Origin: Candidatus Bathyarchaeota archaeon
GTDB taxonomy: Archaea; Thermoproteota; Bathyarchaeia; Bathyarchaeales; Bathycorpusculaceae
Length of the DNA: 64,000 nt
Direction: 5' to 3'
Assembly: GCA_963811105.1 (NCBI GenBank)
Contig: CAWEPZ010000002.1
Location: 192,001-256,000, forward strand
Positions 42,878 through 52,759 of the stretch are shown here, one piece after another. The notes beneath the pieces were generated by a model. It searched no databases. It was not told the DNA's origin and saw only the letters and a list, made by a program, of their open reading frames with translations. Within the stretch, counting starts at the first letter, position 1; every line of letters starts with the position of its first letter. A program made the position numbers and the translations under genes.

Positions 42878-43051
42878 TTGGACCACTCTAATGTTTGCCC
42901 TTGAATTTTATATCTAAGTTTGCATGTTCCAGCTTGCTTGGAGGGTCAAAGGCGAAAAAGTACCATAAACAGGTACTAAGAAATAAGATCTACAATAAAT
43001 TTAAAGAAAACTTTTGCTTAGTCTTTAAGGTTTCTGATTATTGATTAGCAT

Positions 43052-43969
43052 TGTTCTATCTAGAAAATGGGCTACACTTTGTCTTTGAGGTATATTTCTG
43101 CTGGCGTTAAATAATTTATTCCTTCATGAGGCCTTGTATAGTTGTAGTAGCGGATGAAACTCCAGTGCTCATTGAACAGGTGTGATTCCGTCTGGTATGC
43201 TTTATGGAAAGCTTCAATTTTGCCACAGGTGGTAGGTCTACGAACACTTGCCATAATATGCTCAATACCCAGCTCAATGCAATGTCTATTAAACGCAGAA
43301 ATTTCCCCTCTTGCAGGCGTAAACTGTATTCCCTGATCCGTAAGAATCTGCTTAGGAGTACCATACTTTTTCACTGCTCTATCAAGAAGCATCATTGCAT
43401 TCTCTCCAGTTGGACTCCAAATCTTAACTGATCCAGTGATAAACCTTGAATGGTCATCTTGGTAACTAATCATCCAATAGTCATCATTACACAGCTTGAA
43501 ATCCGCTTGCCAAAGGCTGTTATTGTGCTCTCTTTGGAAACGCTTAGTTCCCCAGGTCTTTCTAGGAGAAGTTACAGGATGGTTTAGGCCAGCTTCACAG
43601 ATGATGCGGTAAACTTGATTATGGTCTATCGTACAGCCTTTAAGTTTAAGGCAACCGGCGATTTTCTTAGGTCCCCATTCATAACGCTTGCGTAGTTTGA
43701 TTACTTTATCTTTGATAAAATCGTCCGGTTCATAACCAATTGGACGACCTTTAGGTTTCTCTTCTAGACCCTTCCAACCCTGGGTTTGGTACCGGTTCCA
43801 CCAGCGGTAAAACATCTTCCTGTCAATTTGAGCTTCGGAGCAGATGTCAGTAACCGATCTACCTTCCAGCTTTCGTTTGATGATCCATTTTCTAAGCTTT
43901 TCCCAATCTCTATCCAACCAAGCACTCCCCCGATTTTGGAAGAGTGTAGCCTATTTAAAAGATAGAACA
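43052..43969 (-). mobile_element. IS481-family insertion sequence with 16-bp target duplication
   Basis: 26-bp imperfect inverted repeats with TGT..ACA ends; GATTATTGATTAGCAT at 43036-43051 and 43970-43985. Confidence 0.92.
43072..43917 (-). CDS. IS481-family DDE transposase (rve core)
   Basis: HTH, WGPKKI, WQADFK, DDHSRF, LTDQG, GKIEAFH, YNYTRPH. Confidence 0.93.
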   Translation of the reverse strand: MDRDWEKLRKWIIKRKLEGRSVTDICSEAQIDRKMFYRWWNRYQTQGWKGLEEKPKGRPIGYEPDDFIKDKVIKLRKRYEWGPKKIAGCLKLKGCTIDHNQVYRIICEAGLNHPVTSPRKTWGTKRFQREHNNSLWQADFKLCNDDYWMISYQDDHSRFITGSVKIWSPTGENAMMLLDRAVKKYGTPKQILTDQGIQFTPARGEISAFNRHCIELGIEHIMASVRRPTTCGKIEAFHKAYQTESHLFNEHWSFIRYYNYTRPHEGINYLTPAEIYLKDKV

Positions 43970-44312
43970 GATTATTGATTAGCATATTAATTTTGTCAAC
44001 CCACTCAAGAATTATTGATCTTTCACGCTCTGTAGCATTAACCACTTCCCAGTTGCCTATTATAGGCTTTGAAAAAGAAGCAGCAAATACCTGCTTAGTT
44101 GAAAGTCTATGGTTAAATCAAAAATCCTTTCTTTCACCATTTAAAAACTCAATAGAAAGGTAATACCCACCAACCAAGCCTCCAAAAGACTTCTTCTCAA
44201 TTAAAGAGGCTTGCTTCATTTCCTTAATAAAATACTCTTTCTTGTCTTTAGAAACAATCCTATCTTCTAGTAACTTATTTCCATCCTTTTCCAATATTAC
44301 GCTTTGAATCAT
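43970..44312 (-). pseudogene. Hypothetical gene with an internal TGA (44118-44120) and IS481 inserted at its 3' end
   Basis: Frame continues through the stop: RKDF*FNHRLST...INMLINN, ending QKP* beyond the IS. Confidence 0.55.
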
Positions 44313-44378
44313 TTTAGATTACAGCCATTTCTTATTCTCTGCCTAGAGCTAATGAGTTTAATTACCTTTCAGATAGCT

Positions 44379-45413
44379 TCAGTTTACTAATAATATATGC
44401 TTCTTAATTCTCACAATTAATGTAGTAATTAAAATACTTACCAGAATGGGTATGATTGCTATTATTGGATACTCGGGCACTGTTGGACTAGGACTTGATG
44501 TAGATGTAGTTTGAGATTGATTTGTGTTAACTGAGAAATAGACTGTATTAACCCAAGTTGTTTTATTTAATAGATTTGTGCCATCCCAGAGTTCTTCTTT
44601 TACTCCAATGCTTAGCTTGTGTGAACCATCACTTAGATTGGAAAGGGGAACAGAACCATTAAAGTAATTTATGGGTCCTCCAAAAGTTGCCATATCTATT
44701 TTCCATAGTAGAAAGCCTAAGTATTTTTCATCTAATGTGTAGTTTAAAGTTTCAAGCAGTTCATTGGGGCAAGAGAATGAACCATTGCAATATACAACAT
44801 TTGAAGTGTATGTTGTATTTAGAGGAGAATAAAGGATAACTCCTGAAGGGAAAGTAATAGATTGGTTTGTTTCATCTTGAGCTAAAGCTGAAGGACTTGG
44901 TGAAAATGAATTGATATTGAAGGATACAGTTAGAAAAGCACAGCCAATAGGTATTCCATAAGATATGTAATTCTCTTCAGTTCTTAACCAAACTGTAATG
45001 TTATGGTAACCTTGTGACAAACCAGTCAGGGTTGTATTGCCACTATAGAGAGTGCTTCCTACTTTAGATAAAGGAACAGATGGGCTAGCTGGAAATTGAT
45101 AAGCAGGATTGGTATTGTTAACTAAATCAACCAAGTGATCAATATTGTAATCCATGGCGATCCCATGCCAGATAAAATAATCAAATAATTGCCCATGAAA
45201 AAGCTCTAAGGGTGGATATTCACTTTGTATAGTGTAGGCAAAGTATAGGTTGTCTTGATTGTAGGTTTTGCTTGTAGGGGATTGTATGGATATAGTTGCT
45301 TTTGGATTACCAAGAATTATAGAGTTGCCATTTGAGTAAGCAGCCCTTACTGCTCCAATAAGTGATACTCCAATAAGAATAGAAACAATTATGGCAACTA
45401 AGATAGCTTTCAT
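44379..45413 (-). CDS. Two-Ig-domain surface protein with PEY (PEF-like) tail
   Basis: Signal peptide, LSQGYHNITV / LSDGSHKL repeats, PTVPEYP + TM + RIKKH. Confidence 0.8.
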   Translation of the reverse strand: MKAILVAIIVSILIGVSLIGAVRAAYSNGNSIILGNPKATISIQSPTSKTYNQDNLYFAYTIQSEYPPLELFHGQLFDYFIWHGIAMDYNIDHLVDLVNNTNPAYQFPASPSVPLSKVGSTLYSGNTTLTGLSQGYHNITVWLRTEENYISYGIPIGCAFLTVSFNINSFSPSPSALAQDETNQSITFPSGVILYSPLNTTYTSNVVYCNGSFSCPNELLETLNYTLDEKYLGFLLWKIDMATFGGPINYFNGSVPLSNLSDGSHKLSIGVKEELWDGTNLLNKTTWVNTVYFSVNTNQSQTTSTSSPSPTVPEYPIIAIIPILVSILITTLIVRIKKHILLVN

Positions 45414-45955
45414 CCTTGCTTTTTCCTTCTACTAAAAAGTAGCACTAATGCTGATAGGGTTAAAACCAATACTGCAATTATTGATAAGATAGGTATAGCC
45501 CAAAAAGGAAGAGAAAGAGGTTTAACCACTTGTTTGATGGCTGTTTCAATTGCAAAAGAGACAGTTGCATTAAAAGGAATTATCTCAGAGGCATGTTTTG
45601 CTTCGCTATGAACAAAAACACTATGAATTCCATCTGATAAGTTGCTAAGAGTAGTTTTTCCATTGCAATAGATACCACATGTAATGGTATAGGGTAATGG
45701 TTTGTCTTGTTGTCCATCTAAGCTATAGTTCAATGAATTAATGATGTCAAAAGGAGGAAATGTATCATATCTATTCAAACTAACATTCAGAAGTATATTT
45801 GATGAATGATATACTTGGTTTTGAGAAGGAGAAAATATGGTAATTGTCGGGGTATAATATGGCTTAAAATTGGCTTCAGCTAAAGTAGCAAAACTTGTTC
45901 CAACTAATGATGTGAGTGCTAACAGTAGAATCAAAACTATTTTTTCTTTCTTCAT
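45410..45955 (-). CDS. Single Ig-like domain surface protein with TM anchor
   Basis: Signal peptide AEAN, YSLDG..LSDGIHS, TM + FSRRKK. Confidence 0.8.
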   Translation of the reverse strand: MKKEKIVLILLLALTSLVGTSFATLAEANFKPYYTPTITIFSPSQNQVYHSSNILLNVSLNRYDTFPPFDIINSLNYSLDGQQDKPLPYTITCGIYCNGKTTLSNLSDGIHSVFVHSEAKHASEIIPFNATVSFAIETAIKQVVKPLSLPFWAIPILSIIAVLVLTLSALVLLFSRRKKQG

Positions 45956-45976
45956 CTTACCAATTCTACTGCTGTA

Positions 45977-46040
45977 ACTTTATCCTTAAAAGATTTGCAG
46001 TAAAGATTCCTTGACTAAACTCAGTCAAACTTTCTTGACT
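45977..46040 (-). repeat. Family A site plus promoter, 63/64 nt identical to 54520-54583
   Basis: ACTTTATCCTTAAAAGATTTGCAGTAAAGATTCCTTGACTAAACTCAGTCAAACTTTCTTGACT. Confidence 0.93.
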
Positions 46041-46174
46041 TATTTTTCTATTACCAAACATTTCTTTGTAGATAGTTCTTCTGACAATTGTTGCTTTTTC
46101 AGAGTCCTTGAAATAGGTTTAAATGTTGAGATATAAAGCAGATTGTAATAAATGTAATTTGAGCGGAGAAGTAA

Positions 46175-46600
46175 TTGTCAGAAGCTCAGAAAAACATTTC
46201 CAGTAAGAAGAATAAGCTTACATTGTTTACTTTTACATTAACTGGCGCCTTTCTCATACTTACAGGGACTCCATTAGCAGGATCAGGGGTCACTAATTCT
46301 GCTGGTTACTCATATCACCCTTATCTTCCATTGGGAATGCCGTTAATAATTTTAGGTTTAGCCATGATAGCTTTTGCAGCATTGCAAAGAATTAGTCAGT
46401 TTCAAGCGCAAGTAATCGTTGGATTTTGCGGACAGATACTTCTCGGAATGGTTATTTTTATGATTCCAACTCTTTATTGGCCGAGTCCTTTTTCACCGTT
46501 TAATCTCCATACCTACTCAATAGTTCTTGGATTGATAGGAATAGCTCTTTCAATAGAAAGTTTAATTGTGATAAGCAAAACAAAAAGAGCGCAGCAATAA
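46175..46600 (+). CDS. Four-TM hypothetical membrane protein
   Basis: Four hydrophobic segments; own TATA (ATATAAAG) upstream; opposite orientation to the array. Confidence 0.65.
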   Translation: MSEAQKNISSKKNKLTLFTFTLTGAFLILTGTPLAGSGVTNSAGYSYHPYLPLGMPLIILGLAMIAFAALQRISQFQAQVIVGFCGQILLGMVIFMIPTLYWPSPFSPFNLHTYSIVLGLIGIALSIESLIVISKTKRAQQ

Positions 46601-46707
46601 AAAAGCAAATACCTTACCTAGACGATCTCTGAGGGGTATGGTCTACCGCTAAAAATGTCAAAATTGGCAGTTACTAAGATGAAATTGTTGCAAGAAGTTA
46701 TCGAAAT

Positions 46708-48074
46708 CTAGTCAGAATTTCTTGATGATTCTTTCATTGTCAAAGATTGCTTTGTAGTCTTTTTAGCTATAATCAAAGCAATTGGAATGGCGAGTAGTAA
46801 GGGTAGGATTGTCAACCAAGAAAACTCAGGAACGGCAGGTGTAGAGGTTGGTATGACTGTTGGTATAGATGCGTTATAGTCAGGTATTGCCTGTAAATTT
46901 GGCGCGGTTAAGAAGGGAATGAACGTAACATTACCTAAGTTGAAGTCATTCTTGAAGTCGTGGATCATTCGGCTGATTGTTTGTTGGTCAGTTGTTCCCC
47001 ACCAGTTTTGGGAAGCATCCACATCATTTGGGGCATTAACCGTTAAGTTGACTCCGCCCTCAATGTTATTTTGTTTGATTGTAACATGGGCTTCTTCATC
47101 TACAATTATTCCTGGGCCGCTAAGAGTGTTATTTTGGATTTGCACATTAGGGGTTCCGATTCCGCCTATTAATTTGACGCTTGACACGGTGCAACCCGAA
47201 ATTACGTTGTTTGAAATTAACGCGTTACCAGCAACCACAATTCCATAAGAAGTGTAAAGTGGTCCCTCTAGCCTTCCAACTTCTGGCGCAATCAAACCTG
47301 TAATGTTGTTGTTTGAAATAACCATTGTACCCTTTTCAAAACCCAAGTTTATCGCCGCTCCACCGTTCCACCCACCAGCCGCCAAAGAGATAGTATTGTT
47401 GTTTATTATCGGCGAACCTTCAGACGAATCAGCGTAAGGATTAGTGCGCACTCCATAATTAATAATATTTGACGAAATTATTGGTGAACCTCCAATGCTT
47501 AATACCCAAATTTCGTTTCCTTCGATTTGAGGTGTACCAGCCTCAACTTGGATGTCAGGAAAATTCTTCTGACCTAAAATTATTGGCGATCCCCCGTCAA
47601 TGTCTATCGTGCTCACGTTTACGTTGTTAGCTATTTTTGTTGAAGAATTTTTTATGGCAATAATCGCATTATTACTTGAAGAAGAAAAGATTGCGTTTTC
47701 GATTATACTGCCTTTTTCAGTTTGTTCGTTCCAAGATATACTTGCAGCGGTGAAAGTTATGCCTCCGCTGTCAAAGTAAATTGGGTTAGTAGTAGTACCA
47801 ACTGCAACAAAGGTACCGTTCACTTGTATGTAGTAATCATTCAGGTGCACTGTAACTCCGGCTTCAACTGTTAAGGTTACTCCACTAGTTATCAAGATAG
47901 GTCCATCAAGGATGTAAGGACTGTAGATTTGTTTCCATGTAGTGTCCGTGGTCATGACATTGTAACGTGTGTTCCAATTTGAGCTGAAACAAGCCCTCCT
48001 GCGTTAATAATGAATAGACTTAAGCATGTAAGAGGAAGAACTAGCAATAATACGAATTTCTTGTTAAAGCCCAT
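46708..48074 (-). pseudogene. Beta-helix surface protein with PEF tail; frameshift near 47960 separates the signal peptide
   Basis: MGFNKKFVLLLVLPL..AQIGTHVT (start 48074) is out of frame with TTDTTW..NWWG..VPEFSWL; degenerate family A site at 46711-46745. Confidence 0.78.
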
Positions 48075-48096
48075 AGTCATTAAGCGTTGTCAAGCA

Positions 48097-48150
48097 GATA
48101 AAAAGTTGTTCGTTAAATTTTCTTGACTAAGATTAGTCAAGATCTTTGAC
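48097..48150 (-). repeat. Family A site (8-bp spacer) plus TATA
   Basis: Plus strand GTTAAATTTTCTTGAC-TAAGATTA-GTCAAGATCTTTGAC. Confidence 0.88.
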
Positions 48151-48194
48151 TATTTATTATTTCTCGGTGATTAGGTTTGTTATGGGTGTGGAAA

Positions 48195-48404
48195 CTAAGA
48201 AGGGTTCTTCTTTTCGTTAATATTCACTTTGTTGAGAGCATCTAAAATTATGAGGTAAAGCCCAAGTCCAAGCAGAATAAACGCAAAAAATCCTGAAAGG
48301 AGTTTGATAGGAATAAGGGTCTCGACACTCACCAACGACCAAATCAAAAATATTCCACCAAAGCCAAAGCAAAGTATCCCAAAACGCGCAAGATTAACAT
48401 TCAT
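48195..48404 (-). CDS. Small two-TM membrane protein
   Basis: Two hydrophobic helices; GAGGA RBS; bracketed by family A sites. Confidence 0.6.
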   Translation of the reverse strand: MNVNLARFGILCFGFGGIFLIWSLVSVETLIPIKLLSGFFAFILLGLGLYLIILDALNKVNINEKKNPS

Positions 48405-48504
48405 TTGAAATTAATTCCTCAATTCTTGATATGGATTAACCTCGCTTAAAAGATTTTAGAAACAACAAATAATCGTTAATTTGGATTTATATTTAACGCT
48501 TACC

Positions 48505-48556
48505 GTCAAGAATTCTTGACTAATTCTAATTAGTGGTTAGTCAAAAGTTTCTTGAC
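48505..48556 (-). repeat. Family A site (19-bp spacer) directly after an RSHRKT gene
   Basis: Perfect palindrome GTCAAGAATTCTTGAC at 48505-48520; second box 48540-48556, 4 nt from the stop at 48561. Confidence 0.92.
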
Positions 48557-48560
48557 CTGA

Positions 48561-49247
48561 TTATTTTGGAGTTTTTCGATGGCTTCTAAACAGCAGTAAA
48601 GCACCAATAACAATCGCCAAGATTGCAGCTGCTGCAATCGCTAAAATATACGCTGTAGGAAAAGCAGCTCTTTCGTTAATATTTGAATTACTTGGAGTCG
48701 TAAAAGATTGAGTTGGTGTAATTGTTGGAGAAGCGGTGTCTATGGTAAAGGTAACTGTGCTATTGTTGTTCATATAATAGTTGGATGGCACTCCTTGGGC
48801 TTGATGAGCGTCTTGATAATAGCTTACGCCGTATACAAAAACTTGGAAAGTGTGACTGCCCTCAGATAAATTAGTTAGTGTACCTTGAAGAGTAATTGGG
48901 TCTTTGCTGTTAAGACTTTGAAGTGAATCAAATTCCTTTTCAGCGATGGTAACTTTGGGGTTACTGTCCAAGTAGTACTCAACTGAAAACAATTGCCCAT
49001 TATAACCTCCATAATCAAACCATGAAGAAGGCTTCTGCACCACAAGAGAGTACGGTATATCCTTTGTATTGTAGATAGTACCGTTTTCTGGTAATGTAAC
49101 TGTAAGTTTAGGCAAACTTGTGTCAGGCGTTGAAGGACCAACATAAGAAAATGTAGCTGGGTTTCCAACAGCTAACTCTACTGCCGATATACTAATAATA
49201 GCTAACATTAAAGACGTTAATGAAATTATCAACATTGTTTTTTTCAT
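48561..49247 (-). CDS. Ig-like surface protein with RSHRKT anchor
   Basis: Signal peptide + GNP, LSEGSHTFQV, Thr/Ser linker, TM + FRSHRKTPK. Confidence 0.82.
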   Translation of the reverse strand: MKKTMLIISLTSLMLAIISISAVELAVGNPATFSYVGPSTPDTSLPKLTVTLPENGTIYNTKDIPYSLVVQKPSSWFDYGGYNGQLFSVEYYLDSNPKVTIAEKEFDSLQSLNSKDPITLQGTLTNLSEGSHTFQVFVYGVSYYQDAHQAQGVPSNYYMNNNSTVTFTIDTASPTITPTQSFTTPSNSNINERAAFPTAYILAIAAAAILAIVIGALLLFRSHRKTPK

Positions 49248-49276
49248 ATACTTTACCAACTTCCAACTTTTTGAGG

Positions 49277-49795
49277 TCACATGACTCCTTGAGCTTGTTG
49301 TTGATAGATTTGACCACTATCTGCGGATACTGTAACCTTATAGCCGATTATCCAGTACTGAACACCAGTAACATCAGTTCTCTCGTATGCTCCGAATACA
49401 TCCCAAACAGGTCCAATTCCTCTCAATTCATAAAACACTGCATCTACGACTGTTACTGTTCTATTGTTTTCTTTTGCGTATTGGTTGATATAGGGCATGG
49501 CAACGTTGACAGCTTGTTCCTTTGCAATTAAAGACTCTTGTTGCGATGTAGTTGGCGTAGGTGAAGGCGATTGTTGGGTAAAGTTTTCTGTGGGTGTTTC
49601 GATTACAGGCACTTTTGATAAAGACTGGTTCATGGTGAATTGTGAGGAAAGCAAAGTGAAAGAGATTCCAAATATCAGAGTTGCAGCAAGTACGACAACA
49701 ATTGGCGTAGAATAAGTTTTCAGTTTTGTAGGTAGGCGATCAGGCGGTTGTGGACACCAATTTCTTAATCCTTTGATTCTTTTACGCATACCCAT
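49277..49795 (-). CDS. Single-pass membrane protein coupled to an HTH regulator
   Basis: Basic N-terminus KRIKGLRNWCPQPP, TM, PepSY-like C-terminus (VSADSGQI). Confidence 0.65.
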   Translation of the reverse strand: MGMRKRIKGLRNWCPQPPDRLPTKLKTYSTPIVVVLAATLIFGISFTLLSSQFTMNQSLSKVPVIETPTENFTQQSPSPTPTTSQQESLIAKEQAVNVAMPYINQYAKENNRTVTVVDAVFYELRGIGPVWDVFGAYERTDVTGVQYWIIGYKVTVSADSGQIYQQQAQGVM

Positions 49796-49799
49796 TTTC

Positions 49800-50273
49800 T
49801 TATTCTCCCACTATTTTTGCAAACAATGCCTCTGCAAGTTTGGACGGCAAAATTTTGCTTGTATCATCAAGAATTAGGAAGTTGCGGTCTTTTGCTTCGA
49901 CAAGCAGGGTTTCTCTGCAGGTTTGGAGTTTGCTGCATTTTTCGCAGTCGCCCTCATGTTTGTACCAAACTTGAACTCCATTTTTGGCTGAAAAAGTGAT
50001 GAACGCTTTAGTTTTGAAGTGGGAACTGTAGCCGAGTAAGAAGCCTTTGGTTGGGTCTACGGTTTGGATTTCGATCTTGTTTATTTTCGCTGTTTCCGCT
50101 AAGGCTTCTCCAATTTTGACATTTGCGGTATCGATGGCTTTATGGACTGTTTGCCGAGTGACGTTTAGTTTTCTTGCGATTTTTGCTTCTTGGAGTCCGC
50201 TGCTTTTTAAGTCCCAGATTATTTTTTGCTTTGATGTTAAGTATCCTAGGCTCAGCGTCATGTTGGCTCTCAT
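49800..50273 (-). CDS. HTH transcriptional regulator with C-terminal Cys motif
   Basis: LTSKQKIIW..IARKLNVTRQTVHK HTH; HEGDCEKCSKLQTC. Confidence 0.8.
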   Translation of the reverse strand: MRANMTLSLGYLTSKQKIIWDLKSSGLQEAKIARKLNVTRQTVHKAIDTANVKIGEALAETAKINKIEIQTVDPTKGFLLGYSSHFKTKAFITFSAKNGVQVWYKHEGDCEKCSKLQTCRETLLVEAKDRNFLILDDTSKILPSKLAEALFAKIVGE

Positions 50274-50333
50274 GTAAGCTATACAAGACTTACATAGTAA
50301 GTATATGGCTCCAAATATTTATATTTTTCTGAA

Positions 50334-50480
50334 TTAGCGAAGCAGGAATAGGTTAATCAAATTTTCTTGACTGATTCTTTCAGTGTCAAACATTTCCTTG
50401 TGTCTCTTTCTAACGGTCGCCAATGCAATTGGTATTGTGAGTAGTATGGGTAGGATTGTTAACCAAGAAAACTCAGGAAG
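50334..50480 (-). pseudogene. Orphan PEF tail running into a degenerate family A site
   Basis: PEFSWLTILPILLTIPIALATVRKR out of frame directly after the RRHRKTAKPS* gene; boxes at 50356-50371 and 50385-50400. Confidence 0.8.
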
Positions 50481-51783
50481 GCTTAGCGGTTTTTCGATGC
50501 CTTCTATTAAGCAGCAAAAAGCCAATAGCTATTAACGTTACTAAAACTATGGCAATTATTGTAATCGTTTGGGCAGAAATTTGGTTCACCGGAGTAGCCA
50601 CTGGCTGAGTTACTGTGAAATTGGCTGTTTGAGTTGCCATATTGCCAAAGGTGTCATTGGCGTAAATGGCAATGCTATGTGTGCCGCTGGTAACGTTTGC
50701 AACGGTAAAGTTGCCTGCTACAGTAACGTTCTGTTGTCCATCCAGAGAATAACCAATCCAGAAAAGAGGCTTATCAGTGCTAAAATCAAAAGGCAAATTG
50801 GAAGAAGTGAATGTTTGGTTATCTGGCAGTAGCAATTCAACGGTTGGCTTAGTTGTTCTGTAAAGGTAAGAGGTGTAGTTGAAAGGTGACATGAGCGGAT
50901 AATGGTCTTTAATCAGGGCAACAATTACATATGATTCATTGCCTATTCCTGAATCATCAATCATTTTGGCATTTGGATATTTGTTCTGGTAGTCACTCCA
51001 ATAGTTTCCGCCTGAAGGGTAACCATCATCCCAAATGTTATTTGAACCTATTGAGTAAACTTGTTGGGAGTTATTTATGAAATTATTATGGTAAATTTTA
51101 TTGTAAGAAGTGCTTTCAAAAAGTGCAATTCCCGAAGTCGCTAAGACAATGGGATTTGAGCTATTCTTTACGGTATTTTCAAGAATTGTGTTGTTTTTGG
51201 TTAGGAATAATCGAATGCCATGATAGTTTTTATCTAATATATTTCTCTTTATTGTGTTTTGTCCGCCGCCTTCAATGTAGATTCCAGCGGTAAACTGATC
51301 AAGTGAAAGTATGCCGTTTCCAGTGTCGGAAATGGTGTTGTTTTCTACGTTAATATTGGAGCAACTGCTAAGGTAAACTCCCATGGAGCTTCCTGTAATG
51401 ATGAAGTTTTTTACGGTCACATTTGAGGTATAAGAGACCCCTGGCACTGGGTCTAACCCTTCTGCTGGATATACTGGAGGACTTATTTTTATGCCGCCAT
51501 TACCGCTCTCGTCAGAACCGCCAATGATTGAGTGTCCATTTCCATCAAGCACGGCATTGCTTTTTTGAATGGTTAAGCTTCCGCGTATATCTCCGGTGAG
51601 GGAATAGGTGTTTCCTGTTTGCTGAATAGGAGCCGTCGCTGGAGTTATTGTTCCATCGCTGCTAATGTTGTAACTGGTGTATCCGTTGATTTCTCCAGCA
51701 CTTGGTTGAATGCAAACTACAGAGCCAACAAAAACGAGGACAAGAAATAACGTGAAAAGAGCATTACCCTTGATTTTTGCCAT
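50473..51783 (-). CDS. NosD/beta-helix surface protein with RRHRKT anchor
   Basis: ISSDGTITP..LDGNGHSI, WDDGYPSGGNYWSDY, Ig-like domain, TM + NRRHRKTA. Confidence 0.88.
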   Translation of the reverse strand: MAKIKGNALFTLFLVLVFVGSVVCIQPSAGEINGYTSYNISSDGTITPATAPIQQTGNTYSLTGDIRGSLTIQKSNAVLDGNGHSIIGGSDESGNGGIKISPPVYPAEGLDPVPGVSYTSNVTVKNFIITGSSMGVYLSSCSNINVENNTISDTGNGILSLDQFTAGIYIEGGGQNTIKRNILDKNYHGIRLFLTKNNTILENTVKNSSNPIVLATSGIALFESTSYNKIYHNNFINNSQQVYSIGSNNIWDDGYPSGGNYWSDYQNKYPNAKMIDDSGIGNESYVIVALIKDHYPLMSPFNYTSYLYRTTKPTVELLLPDNQTFTSSNLPFDFSTDKPLFWIGYSLDGQQNVTVAGNFTVANVTSGTHSIAIYANDTFGNMATQTANFTVTQPVATPVNQISAQTITIIAIVLVTLIAIGFLLLNRRHRKTAKPS

Positions 51784-51806
51784 AACTCTATTTTCAATTA
51801 GGTTCG

Positions 51807-51861
51807 AATAAAAGGTTTGCAGTTAAACAATCTTGACTGAGCTTAGTCAAACTTTCTTGAC
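51807..51861 (-). repeat. Family A site (8-bp spacer) plus TATA 23 nt before ATG 51783
   Basis: Plus strand GTTAAACAATCTTGAC-TGAGCTTA-GTCAAACTTTCTTGAC. Confidence 0.9.
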
Positions 51862-51999
51862 GTAATTGGATGCTTATTTTGTGGAATTGATGCAAGAGCA
51901 AGCTCTCTGTCGAAAACCCTTTGGCTGGAACCTTCATATTGAAAACATAGCTTGCCTATATTTTTTTGTCTCGAAATTATTTTTTTTAATTGTCTTTTC

Positions 52000-52344
52000 T
52001 TATTTCTCAAAAGTTTCCAAAAGTTCTTCTAGCAACATTTTGACTTTGGGAAGACTAAGCTTTGCCATTTTCCAAAGCTTGTCAGGTTTTACCGTATGGT
52101 ATTCATGGATATGTTTGTTTCTTATATCATTGAGGATCCGCCAAGGAATTTGAGGATTATTTTCCTGTACAGACTTTGGAATTTTGTCAACCGCTTCACC
52201 TATTATCAAAACGTCGTATGCAACTGAATTTATTTTTTCATAGTTATTTGAAAAAGCCTCAAAACTGATATCTTTGGTCGATTTCTCAACTTCATTAATG
52301 GCATTTATCATGTCATCTAAGTATACTTTGAAATCTTTGTTCAA
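52000..52344 (-). CDS. HEPN ribonuclease toxin (DUF86/HepT-like)
   Basis: YLDDM, IIGEA, IPW, RNKHIHEY (Rx4-6H). Confidence 0.9.
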   Translation of the reverse strand: MNKDFKVYLDDMINAINEVEKSTKDISFEAFSNNYEKINSVAYDVLIIGEAVDKIPKSVQENNPQIPWRILNDIRNKHIHEYHTVKPDKLWKMAKLSLPKVKMLLEELLETFEK

Positions 52345-52640
52345 ACTTTTATTGCCTCTTCAAGTATCGGGCCTTTCAAACGGGGTTTTAAAGCGGTCTT
52401 TTCAATCAAATCAACATCCACACCTAATTCATCTTTGAGAAAAAGACGCAGTTCAATAAATTTGAAGAGATCAACATTGTTTGGTTCAATAAAAGTTACT
52501 AAAACATCCAAATCACTTTTTTCTGTCGCTTCCCCTCTAACGTAAGAACCAAAAAGTTCGATGACATCTACTGAAAAATTCTCTTTAAGAACGGGATTTA
52601 AAACCTTTAGTCGACGTTTTATTTCTTTTAGTGACTTCAT
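52341..52640 (-). CDS. Minimal nucleotidyltransferase antitoxin (MntA-like)
   Basis: LFGSYVRGEATEKSDLDVLV; overlaps the HEPN gene by 4 nt. Confidence 0.9.
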   Translation of the reverse strand: MKSLKEIKRRLKVLNPVLKENFSVDVIELFGSYVRGEATEKSDLDVLVTFIEPNNVDLFKFIELRLFLKDELGVDVDLIEKTALKPRLKGPILEEAIKV

Positions 52641-52759
52641 TTTCAAATATTTCTATGAAGAATTAATATAAAGACTTTTGCAGCATTTCTAAGCGTTATC
52701 TGGATCATTGATAACCACATTACCAACGGCTCAAAACAATTTTCACAGTCAAACTTTCT

